Assembly (NCBI GenBank): GCA_951406725.2
Contig: OX597828.1
Location: 12,214,001 to 12,278,000, forward strand
Direction: 5' to 3'
Source of the DNA: Octopus vulgaris
Lineage: Eukaryota
DNA: 64,000 nt
The position numbers and the translations under genes were made by a program. Positions 53,498-64,000 of the stretch are shown here, in pieces. The notes beneath the pieces are model-generated. The model was given only the letters and a program-made list of their open reading frames with translations. It did no database searches and was not told where the DNA came from. The number at the start of each line of letters is the position of its first letter. Within the stretch, counting starts at the first letter, position 1.

Positions 53498-55514
53498 TTT
53501 GAAGATAAAACGTAAAGTACTTGAGCAAGTAGTAAAAGGCATTTAACAATTCTGCCACTATACTACCAACCGTGCAGAAGTAATATTATTCGTTATTTAC
53601 AGTGCATCGAAGCAAAAGAAATGATAAAGTCATTTTACGGTCTGGGCTCAAATGGTGCCAAGGTTCGTTTTGTCGATGTATTCAACTACACCCAATTACC
53701 GCATTGTTAGAAATCAATATTAATGGTTACTTAATGACTATATCTCAATGAATATTAATTAAGGAATATTTATTCTGTCGAATTGACAAAGTTTGCTATG
53801 TCATTGGATAGAAGTCTTTGCAGTATTTCTTCTAGCTCTCTATTTTGTGAGTTCCAATCTTGCCTAGGTTAACTTCACATCTCTGAGTCTATAAAAAGCG
53901 ATGACTTGACAGTGTTAGAGGATCTGAGAAGACGTTTGGCAACCTCTTTTTGGCACTGTGTGATCTGAGTTCAAATTGTGCCTCTTGTCACCAAAATAAA
54001 TAAATAAATGGAAAAATATGACGTCGAGACATCGCCAAAACGAAGACACAATTGGGATCTTCTGAAGTAAGTATCTGACTGTTTTATCTGATACTTTCCA
54101 GTAAGTAGGCGAACATTCTAAGGGACTTTTAGACTTAGTGCAGTCACTGAATGAATGAATGAATGAAGATGTATCATAATTAAATCGATGTTTAAATGCA
54201 TTGCTTCTCACGCAGACGCTTGTTTCCATGGGTTCTGCCAAAGGAAGAAAAAGCATATTCCGGTGTATAAACAAGCTATAGTTGTACAACGTTTCTGCCA
54301 GCTCACAGACAATTCTGAAAAGAGAGAAAAGGAGAGAGTGAGAGAACTAATTACTAATTGAGCTACGCTACATTAATTACTAATGAGAACCAAGAATTAA
54401 ACTTGAGAAAATTCTGCCATGATGACTTTCAAAAAAAGGTCAGTATAAACCGCTTCTTATTTTCTTTTCATCTTTCCTAATGTATGAATGATTCGAAATG
54501 ACCGATTGTATTACCAATACATAGATCAATAATTTCGAATAATTGATCTTTGCCGATGGAAACTATCTCAACTTTCCTTTGATGACAGGTATACTAATCA
54601 TAAACCAATGCTTTCAGTTCTTTATCAGTTCAAGTCTTCCGGGTATACATGATAAAGACCATTTTTTTCTTCAGGGGTAAATACTGTAACTTTCCATACT
54701 GTTTCCGCTCTGAGAAGGGAAAAACTAGTTTTATCTCTGGTTTCAACCCCAGACATCTTTTTCTTCCTCTCAAACGAAGCGGAAATTTATAAGCATTAAA
54801 CTGCATAATGAATTTACCTACCTTGAACTTTTCCTGTTGATACACCTTTGCCACTGGAGGTCAAAGCTACTTTCTTCTGATTCCAGGTTTTGATCCACTT
54901 ACTTCAGTCAATCTACATTGCTAGGGTTAATAAACATAATAAGTGATGAAATTTCTTCCCATCTCAGAAATATGTATTTACTTGCCATCAGTCTTCTGTT
55001 AGGAATTTGAAGACAGATGTTAGGATTTAGTGGGTAGCACAATCTGATAGAATCAACAGCGCAAAATTACCTGCAACTTATACACTAGTTTTCTTGTAGA
55101 TAACGGACTCAACAATTTAGATCATTTTAGAGTGGGTTCACAATGTTTAACAGAATGAGGAATAAGTAATAGCTGGAACAGCTTTGATCGTAAGTTTGAT
55201 GAATTAGGGATTAACCGGAGGGTAAAACAATTACAAAACTCTTTTCCTGAACCTTATCAAACAAGGTCAGTGAATAAGCAAAATTTCTTGAACAGCATAC
55301 AAAAGACCTTTGCGGTAGACCTTCACGGCATTTGTTCTACAATTTTATGTTCCGAGTTCAAATCATTCTGCGGTCGACTTTGCTTTTCATCCTTTCGAGG
55401 TCGATAAAATAAAGTAACAGTCAAGTTCTTAGATTGAATCGATTTATGTACCCGTCACAAACCTCTGACCTTGTAACGTCGTTAGAAATAATAATTCTCA
55501 ATCAAAACACGGAT

Positions 55515-55942
55515 ATAGGAGCAGTGTGGTAAGAAGCTTATGGTAAGAACCTCGTGTGGGAAGAAGCTCGTTTTCCAGCCACATGGTTCCAGGTTCAGTC
55601 CCACTTCGTGGCACCTTCGGTAGGTGACTTCTACTATAGCCTAGGGCTGGCCAAAGCCTTGTGAGTGGATTTGACAGACGAAAACTGAAAGAAGCCAGTC
55701 GTATATATATATATATGTGTGTCTGTGTGTGCTTGTTGTTTGTCCCCCACCACTACCACCAGCATCGCTTGACAACCGATGTGGGTGTGTTTACGTCCTC
55801 GTAACTTAGCGGTTCGGCAAAATAGACCAACTGAATAAGTACTAGGCTTGCAAAGAATAAGTTGTGGGTAGATTTGTTCGACTAAAGGTGGTGCTCCAGC
55901 ATGGCCACAGTCAACTGACTGCTACAAGTAAAACAATAAAAG
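55515..55942 (+). mobile_element. SINE family A
   Basis: Full copy with a locally repeated GGTAAGAA in the head. Confidence 0.8.
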
Positions 55943-56389
55943 AATTTTTTAAATATATTTGTGGTAGAAATGATAAATCGCTAGTGAGAACATTAACGAT
56001 ATTTATGTTACTTGCGCTTACACGCAGAGATCCTTTCTCATCAGAATAGACTTTGTCTAAAAATACTTCTGGGAGCCAATAAAACAAGGGGGCTCTTATA
56101 CACTGATTCGACTAACTTAAAGAAATCTCACTCCAACAACACCGTTTACTCAAAATAAAAAAATAAATATGTTGGATAATGTAATTCTAAGAAGTGAAAC
56201 ACGTTTAGTCAGAGCTGGTTGTTCTCAACAAACAACAAAAGCAAAACAAAATAATACCAATAAATTCTTGGCTTCATTTTGAAAAAATAATATCCATCCC
56301 TTGAAATATATTGACTTATACCAATTTTTTAAATGATTGATTGAACAACATAAAGATAGAAATATTAAGCTTTACCTATCTAAACATTG

Positions 56390-56670
56390 GGGAGGCACAT
56401 AGCCTTGTGGTTGAGGGATCGCAAATTCGAATCTCAGACCAGGCGAGGTATGTGTTTATGAGCGAAACACCTAAGCTCCACACCGCTCCGACAGAAGGTA
56501 ATGGCGAAATTCTACTGACTCTTTCGCAACAACTTTCTCTCACTCTTTCTTCCTGCATCTTGCAGTTCACCTGCGACGGACCGGCGTCCCATCCAGGTAG
56601 GGAACCTATGCGCCAAGGAAATCGGGAAACTTGCCCTTATGAGCCAGGTTTGGCTTGAGAAGGAACAAAC
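56390..56670 (+). mobile_element. tRNA-derived SINE, another tail variant
   Basis: TAGCCTTGTGG and TTCGAATC boxes. CAACTTTCTCTCACTCTTTCTTCCTG is shared with ~15890-15915 (minus). Confidence 0.55.
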
Positions 56671-57312
56671 ATCTAAACATTAACAAAATGTTAGATGACA
56701 TTGTGTGATTGATTTCACTGCATGTTACGATTCAAATTTAACACCACCACTATCTGACGCTCGGGTACTTTTAGCGGCGCCCATTCTGTTACGAGCGTTA
56801 GAACCACGTCTAATACCTGACCATGTCTTGTTCTTTTACACACAACCTGAAAAAACACAAGCAGAATCACGGTGGAGTATTTTTCCGCTACCTTTCATTC
56901 ATTAAACATTCCAACACTATCTTCTAGTAGTTCGGGCATTTCAAAAAATCCAAACGCTATTTCATCTATCTATCTATATATATATAAAACTGCATAAAAA
57001 AGACCTGGGTTTATGAATTAAATAATATTATTGCCAATAGCGAACCTAAAGAAGTATTATACTTGTCTGAAACAATATTCCTAATAATAAGAATATATAA
57101 GCAGAAAACAAGAAATTGACATTTTATTAGAAAGAACAGAGCGAAATAATATATTATGCAATGATATATTATGCACCGCTTGAAACTGATAATATTCCGT
57201 TTAAGTCTGTCTGGTTAAAAAGCCGATTTGCAACAACCTGGTGCACGGAAACTTGAACAAGTGTTTTCTACGTTAATCTTGGGTTGTCTAATGTCTTGAG
57301 AAGAGAACCTGT

Positions 57313-57741
57313 TGATCTTTTCGGTTTGAACGGCAGTTTTTAGCAATTTCTAGGTAACTAAAAAATTTTAAACTTCGTATACTGGTAGAATGTGTTTATA
57401 AAACATCTTTTTCTCTTGGCTTTATTGAAAAAATTCTATAGTTTGTAAGATATTTGTTGTTTTTTTCTTCAATTTCTGTAATTTCAACCAATTGGTGACG
57501 TCTATTGAATTAAAAAGCATTCTGTGCCGTATGAATATGTCCCTCGTTTAAGAAACAGATTGGATTTGTTTACATTTCTGAAGAAAAAAAAATACCCTTC
57601 CCCCACCCCTAAGCCTAACCCCAACCCTAACTAACCCTAAAAGAGATTGAAATGCAATAGATCGATTCTAGGGTCATAATTATGGGTGACAATTTCATAT
57701 GACACCGCTAGAAAAAACTGCCGTTCAAACCGAAAAGATCC
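57313..57741. mobile_element. GG-terminated MITE, copy 5
   Basis: TIRs; TSD GAACCTGT/AAACCTGT. Confidence 0.9.
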
Positions 57742-57840
57742 AAACCTGTTATACAGAGACTATATGTAAGTTCCTTGTCTATAAGTGTGCGTGTTGGTGT
57801 GCATGTGTGTGTGTTGTGTAAATCGGTGAATAAAAAAATA

Positions 57841-58070
57841 TTTCTTTATTGCCCACAAGGGGCTAAGCACAGCGGGGACAAGCAAGGACAGAAAAGTGGT
57901 TAAAGTCGATAACATCGACCCCAATAGGTAACTGGTACTTATTTAATCGACCCCGAAAGGATGAAAGGCAAAGTCGACCTCGGCGGAATTTGAACTCAGA
58001 ACGTAACGGCAGACGAAATACGGCTACGCATTTCGACCGGCGTGCTAACGTTTCTGCCAGCTCACCGCCT
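57841..58070 (-). mobile_element. SINE B with the LINE-like tail and a ~17-bp TSD
   Basis: TCGGTGAATAAAAAA(A)TA at 57823-57840 and 58071-58087. Confidence 0.85.
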
Positions 58071-58148
58071 TCGGTGAATAAAAAATAAGTACCTTGTGGT
58101 AATTAGGCATTCAGTTACCTCCTTTTACGAGAAAGGCTCAGTCTTTCA

Positions 58149-58194
<46 letters not shown>

Positions 58195-58846
58195 GAATAT
58201 ACATACAGATTATAAAATAGACAGCATACTAATCATCGGGTTTAATGTAATCGACTTCAAAGATAAAAAAAACGAAACAGAAACCTTCGTGACGTAATAC
58301 CCCAGCGTGGTCGCAATCTAATGATTGACACTAGCAACAGAGTAACGTAATTTATTGCCACGTGTCAGGAAAGAAGGTCGTTTTTTTTAATCAGTTATAT
58401 TAAAAGAGACATATCTTTTCATCAACTAACTTTAAATATCATAGTTAATGGATTATAAATCCTATTGCTTCTGGCTTTATTTGGATTTGGCTAGAAGCCA
58501 ATTCATTAATTTATTCTAGAGTTGATATCCAGTGGAGATTTTCTCACAATAGAATGGCAATTTGTCGATTATCGTCATGGAGACATACCGAGAAACCAAA
58601 ACCAAATCACTTTATGTTTCATTTCTTTGTTTCTGTGACTATTATTACGTTTCTTTCCTAGCTTCCTATGGACAGATGTACGGTGGAATGGCTTAGTGGT
58701 TGAGAGGGACTGCTTCGTAACCACAACTTTGGAGTTCGATTCTATTGCTTGACATCTTGAAGACAAGTGTATTTACCCTTGTTTCAAGTCGACCCAGCCT
58801 TTGAGAGTCATGTTGGGAGCGAGTATAACTATTATCATGTTCCCTA

Positions 58847-59065
58847 AGGCGGTGAGCTGGCAGAATCTTTAGCACGCCGGGTAAAATGTTTAACAGCATT
58901 CCGTCCGTCCTTACGTTCTCGAGTTCAAATTCCACCGGGTTCGACTTTGTCTTTCATCCTTCCGGGATCGATAACATAAGTACCAATTACGCACTGTGGT
59001 CGATGTAATTAACTAGACCCCTCCCCCAAAATTTCAGACCTTGTGCCTATAGTAGAAAGGATTAC
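58847..59065 (+). mobile_element. SINE family B, full length, ordinary tail
   Basis: Head AGGCGGTGAGCTGGCAGAA, B-box GAGTTCAAATTCC, tail CCTTGTGCCTATAGTAGAAAGGATT. Confidence 0.85.
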
Positions 59066-59359
59066 TACGTTCCCTCCCGCATTGCCTATGGACAAATGTA
59101 TGGTTAGGTGGTTTAATGGCATTATAAACACGAGGTCCTGTGTTCAGTTCTAATGCATGGCATCTTCTAGACAGGCTTTTACTATTTATTTCAGACAGGC
59201 CCAGGCCTAGTGAATGACAGAGGGTGCGGATGTAGACGGAAATTGTGCGAAAGTCTGCCCGAAGAATTGTGCCTGAAATTCAGCTTTTGCTGTGTAATAT
59301 CTCTCAGCGATATCGGTTTGAGAATTAGTTTAAGAACGTTAAGGATACATGATTCTGTG

Positions 59360-59518
59360 GAATACACGTGGGCACAAACACACAAGAAGAGGATGACGTA
59401 TGTTGGTTCCCTAAGAACAGACGCTAGTTTCTAGGAGACACGGGACATGGCAACGATTATGAGGGACAAAGACCGCTGGAAAGAACTTGTCCATGGATCT
59501 CGGGAATTTTTCCCGCCC

Positions 59519-59520
<2 letters not shown>
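59360..59520 (+). mobile_element. 3' tip of an RTE-type LINE ending at (TA)n
   Basis: MTYVGSLRTDA...[16 protein letters not shown] matches the RTE C-terminal TY...L..D...M.DR..W pattern. Confidence 0.55.
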
Positions 59521-59571
<51 letters not shown>

Positions 59572-59613
59572 GCACACACACATATATATATATATATACA
59601 TATATATATATTC

Positions 59614-59659
<46 letters not shown>

Positions 59660-60338
59660 GTGTGTGTGTGTTAGATGCATGTATATAAAGATATAAGCAC
59701 GCATGTGTGCACGCTGAAACATACGTATATTTCAAGCCTGCAATGTAAACAGTCGGCAATATCATTTCTGTTTACTTTTCCCATACATATATTACTACCA
59801 TTACTTGTTTTTGATATTAATATAATCCGGAACACTACATCCTCTTCTATTCCCTTTATTTGCCATATTTATTTTCATTGTAGACATTCTTTATGTTGTT
59901 ATTATTTACTCGCATATTTCTACGTATTTTTTTCCGCCACATGTCTTACTTTTCAAACGTCACATATTATTATTCTGTTTACCTATTCCTTACCACATAA
60001 TCTTACTCGTTTTACTTGCATCATTCTTTGGATATTTATCTATCTTTCAATACATACATGCATACATACATACATACATGGATACATACATACATACATA
60101 CATACATGCACACTCACATATACACTAATGTAATAATATAATCCTGGCCTTGTGCCAGAATTTTACACCCAAAGTATATATATATATATATATATGAGTA
60201 TATGTGTGTGTACATACATATATACATACATATATATGTATGTATATATATCTCTTTCTCTCTCTATATATATATATGTATATATATATATACATACATA
60301 TATCTCTATCTATTTGCATGTGTGTGTATTTGTTTGTG

Positions 60339-60390
<52 letters not shown>

Positions 60391-60988
60391 TATATACATA
60401 CACATATATATATATACATACACACACATACAAAGAGATAGAGTTTAGGGAAAGCAGATTGAGCGTCATTCTTTATTTCATATCTCTACATTTGTTTTCA
60501 CACATCTTCACACTCGTATTACATTGGTGCAATGATATAATCAACATATTCCCTAATCGCTACCATCCATTCAAGCTGCAAGATGTGTTTCTCCTGGTGA
60601 TTATTTTGAACAATTACTTCGATAAATCCGAATGTTATTTCACTCTACACAGAATATGAAAACCCAAAGAAGTGTGCTATTTCCAACAACTTGCAGACAA
60701 CACTAAGTCCCTAGATAAAATGGCGACAAACCGAAAGTATAACGAAATGCAAAATGAAAAAATAAAAAATAAACTCACATCTGGTTAACTCTAAAATACA
60801 ATTCTATCTTCACGGTAAGATTATTAGGAAGAAAAAGTTAAACGAAACAAGAATGAAATTAAGCGTTTAGTGATAATAATTTTATTAAATGATAAAGTTT
60901 GACCATTTCCTTGCTTGTCCACTATCTTCTTGAAAGGGATACATGTGTATATGTATGCTGTATGCATGTATGCATGTAAGTAAACATG

Positions 60989-61380
60989 TAGGAGTGGCTG
61001 TGTGGTAAGTAGCTTGCTTACCAACCACATGGTATCGGATTCAGTCCCACTGCGTGGCACCTTGGGCAAGTGTCTTCTACTATAGCCTCGGGCCGACCAA
61101 AGATTTGTGAGTGGATTTTGTAGACGGCAACTGAAAGAAGCCCGTCGTATATATGTATTTATATGTGTGTATGTGTATCTGTTTGTGTTTGTCCCCCTAG
61201 CAACGCTTGACAACCGATGCTGGTGTGTTTACTTAGCGATTAGGGAAAAGAAACCGATAGAATAAGTACTAGACTTACAAAGAATAAGACCTGGGGTCGA
61301 TTTGCTCGACTAAAGGCGGTGCTCCAGCATGGCCACAGTCAAATAACTGAAACAAGTAAAAGTGTAAAAGAGTAAAAGAG
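60989..61380 (+). mobile_element. SINE family A, intact (shows the empty LINE target site)
   Basis: GGAGTGGCTGTGTGGTAAGTAGCTTGCTTACCAACCACATGG... through to the tail. Confidence 0.9.
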
Positions 61381-61389
61381 TATGTATGT

Positions 61390-61800
61390 ATGTTCTCTTT
61401 CTCTGTTTAATTTTAGAGTAAATTTTGACCGCCCTCCTACTTCGTAGCATGGGTGTGAAGCGAAGTATCTTCTTTTAACCATTATTCTTTTAAATCTTAA
61501 AATGGCCTTGCAAATTTTTATAGTCACCGACATCGTTATCATTGGTAGCGTATGAATTAAGGACTTGCATTTTCTCCCCAAGATCCCAAGTTCAGCCATA
61601 CTTTGCCCCAGACGGATTCGTATGTATCCTATTGCGCCAGTAATAATAGATGTAAAGCTAAAAGCGTATTTTGGATGCTGGATTTTCAAACACCTTATCA
61701 ATGATTCATAGATTTTCTCTTGAGCTGAAATTCCAAAAGAGAACATACCTTTCCTTTGTGGCCCACACAACGTTATCTGGCCAGTTATATTTTAATTTGG
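61390..61800 (-). mobile_element. 3' fragment of an RLE-clade (R4/Dong/NeSL-like) non-LTR retrotransposon
   Basis: PDNVVW...EKIYESLIRCLKIQHPKYAFSFTSIITGAIGY...LGI...TIKICKAILRF fits the PD..K..Y..L...GALG endonuclease tail. Confidence 0.6.
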
Positions 61801-62286
61801 TAATTGTTTTATGTATGTATATATGTATGTGTGCATGCATGTGTCATTGACTTGTACACAGGGGAAAGTTCTGAGGGAGCTTACGATTCTGTCTCAATCC
61901 GGTGTTATACATTTCATGCAATCATTCAGGCGGCAAAGCCCAAGAATGAAAAACAGTTGATTGAGAGATAATAAGGAACGCCGGTTAGATATCAGCTCAA
62001 ACAGGAAAGAACACAAGAGTTCACATGAGAGAGGGAAAGTGAGAAAGACTAATGAAAGGAAAACTCTTTTGCCTTTTACCATTTACTTGTTTCAGTCATA
62101 AGCTAGTGGCCATGGTGGGGCATCACCTTTTTGCCACAAGAATCGAGCCCAGTACTTATTTCACTTTTTAACCCTGCGACTTATTATATCGGTCAATTTT
62201 GCCGAACCGGTAAGTTACGTGGACGTAAAGAAACCAACGCCAGTTGTAAAGAGGTAGTGGTGGGCAAGCACAGTCACAAACACCAT

Positions 62287-62321
<35 letters not shown>

Positions 62322-62329
62322 CATATGAT

Positions 62330-62492
62330 AGATCGTTAGCCACTACACACATTTTTTTCTCTCCTTGTTTTTTATGTGTACCTTTCTGTAGAAGAGCGTA
62401 GGCTCGAAACCTAAAAGACTTTTTCTATTCCTGAGCGTTATACTAATACATCTGTTTGTTATGTACACCACCTGTTTTCGTAATCTTTCCCT
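62330..62492 (+). mobile_element. Hammerhead-bearing repeat (degenerate motif at 62382-62418) ending at (TA)n
   Basis: CTTT-CTGTAGA-A-GAGC-GTAG-GCTC-GAAACCTA-AAAG; homologous to 37057-37285. Confidence 0.6.
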
Positions 62493-62784
62493 ATATATAT
62501 ATATATATATCAGAAGGATGTGTTATAATACTATTCCATAGCCATACCAACAATCCAACGTACCTCCAGCATCAGCTGCCTTACGGATATCATTATGGTT
62601 TCGACACCTGGGCAGTATCATTCAATCTGGCGATGTCAACAGCACTAAAATAAGTGTTGTTTAGGAACAGATCAAAGAACCACAACTTTTGAACACATTT
62701 ACCCTAGGTACAACCGTATCGATAGATAAATTCACTAAATAAATTACAACCATTCCTGAATATGTAACCATACATCTTCTTTTC

Positions 62785-62908
62785 AGTTGCTCTCTACCAA
62801 ATCCACTCGCTCGAAGTTATAGTAGAAAACCTCTGCCCAAGATGCCACGCAGTGAGACTGAACCCGGAAACGTGATTGGGAAGCAAACGGCTTACCACAC
62901 AGCCACGC
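62785..62908 (-). mobile_element. SINE A head fragment (tail fragment at ~62080-62270)
   Basis: Reverse complement of the family A head. Confidence 0.65.
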
Positions 62909-63665
62909 GAATTCGCTTGATTTTGCGTAACGCTAGAAAAATATAAATCACAAAACTTATAAATTTCAGATGAAAATAAAATAAAAATTATTCTTGAATA
63001 TGGGTTAGAGTCTCAGATTTATACAAACGCATTCGAAGATGTAGGCGGTCGGCTCTTTCGATTGCTCCTAAGACTACAGATCCATAATTAGTGTAGTATA
63101 TGTTAACGTCTTTCATGATCTCTTTCGAGCTATATAGAGTGAACATTTACTTACTGGAGATGAAAAGACGGTGTCTTAAATTTGTAGTGAGTAGATAGTG
63201 GTTGATTATTGGCTGATGGACACATTGTAAGCCAAGGTTTCCCGCCATTCGATTTCCCTTTTTCTCTCCATATGACTGAGTGCGTGCATGCGAAGCAATG
63301 TAATTGGGCGTCTCGTGTTTGTATTAAAACTTTCGTCGGCGTTTTGTACCGATGCTGTTGTTCCCATGTGTGGAATATTATATGAATGTAATGCAATATC
63401 GCTAATCATCTTTGAAAGAAAAACAACAAAATAAACATTAACTAAATCCAAATAAATAAATAAATGGCCGCTCTCCGAAGTAATGGGTGTGTCAATTTAC
63501 ATGTGATAAATAAATCAGGGTAATGATATTAGTTAATGATTGAAATTTAATCATAGATAATCAACAGAAATTATACATCCTTAGAATTGAAAACTGACAA
63601 ATGTTAACTCGAATCGATCGAATTAGGTTTCAAAACGCATGCTATTCTTGTTTTCCTAGATTTCT

Positions 63666-63696
<31 letters not shown>

Positions 63697-63744
63697 GTTG
63701 CTGCTGCTACTGCTGCTGCTGATGATGATGATAATGCTACTAAC

Positions 63745-63775
<31 letters not shown>

Positions 63776-64000
63776 GTTGATATTGTCGTTGCTGTTATGT
63801 CGGCGGTGAGCGAGCAGAGTGGTCGGCACACCGCGCAAAATGCTTAGCTGTATTCATCTTTTCGTCCTGAATTCAAAGTAATATATTTTCAAACATTAAA
63901 TAGCCTGCACTTCCTCAGCATTTGAAATTTGAATAAATGTTAAAAACAGACGAAAAAATTACAGTCTTTGATATTCATTTTTTAAGAATATCAACCATAT

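Noticed and set aside
54630-54854. Basic 74-aa ORF on the minus strand
   Set aside because: No recognisable domain or supporting exon chain.

Overview
Repeat-dense, AT-rich eukaryotic DNA. The SINE families, microsatellite load and TTAGGG motifs suggest a cephalopod, probably Octopus (inference). Most listed ORFs are microsatellite read-throughs. Supportable content: (1) four broken exons of an ITIH-like (VIT-domain) gene, probably a pseudogene; (2) a near full-length L1/Tx1-type LINE inserted into a SINE head with a 15-bp TSD, plus a second locus hit at the same SINE site; (3) SINE copies whose 3' tail matches that LINE; (4) five copies of a GG-terminated MITE with 8-bp TSDs and internal telomeric repeats; (5) a Penelope-like GIY-YIG remnant, several LINE remnants and a tRNA-Asp(GTC) copy. 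Main finding: between two (TA)n tracts at 39039-41524 is a near-identical array of a ~491-bp non-coding, hairpin-rich unit. Each unit holds one complete type I hammerhead ribozyme. There are four direct copies plus one inverted, circularly permuted copy. This looks like a retrozyme-like, possibly circular-RNA-producing element. Nine further hammerhead-like motifs from other families occur elsewhere, mostly near (TA)n tracts. All calls were made by eye; no searches or folding were run.
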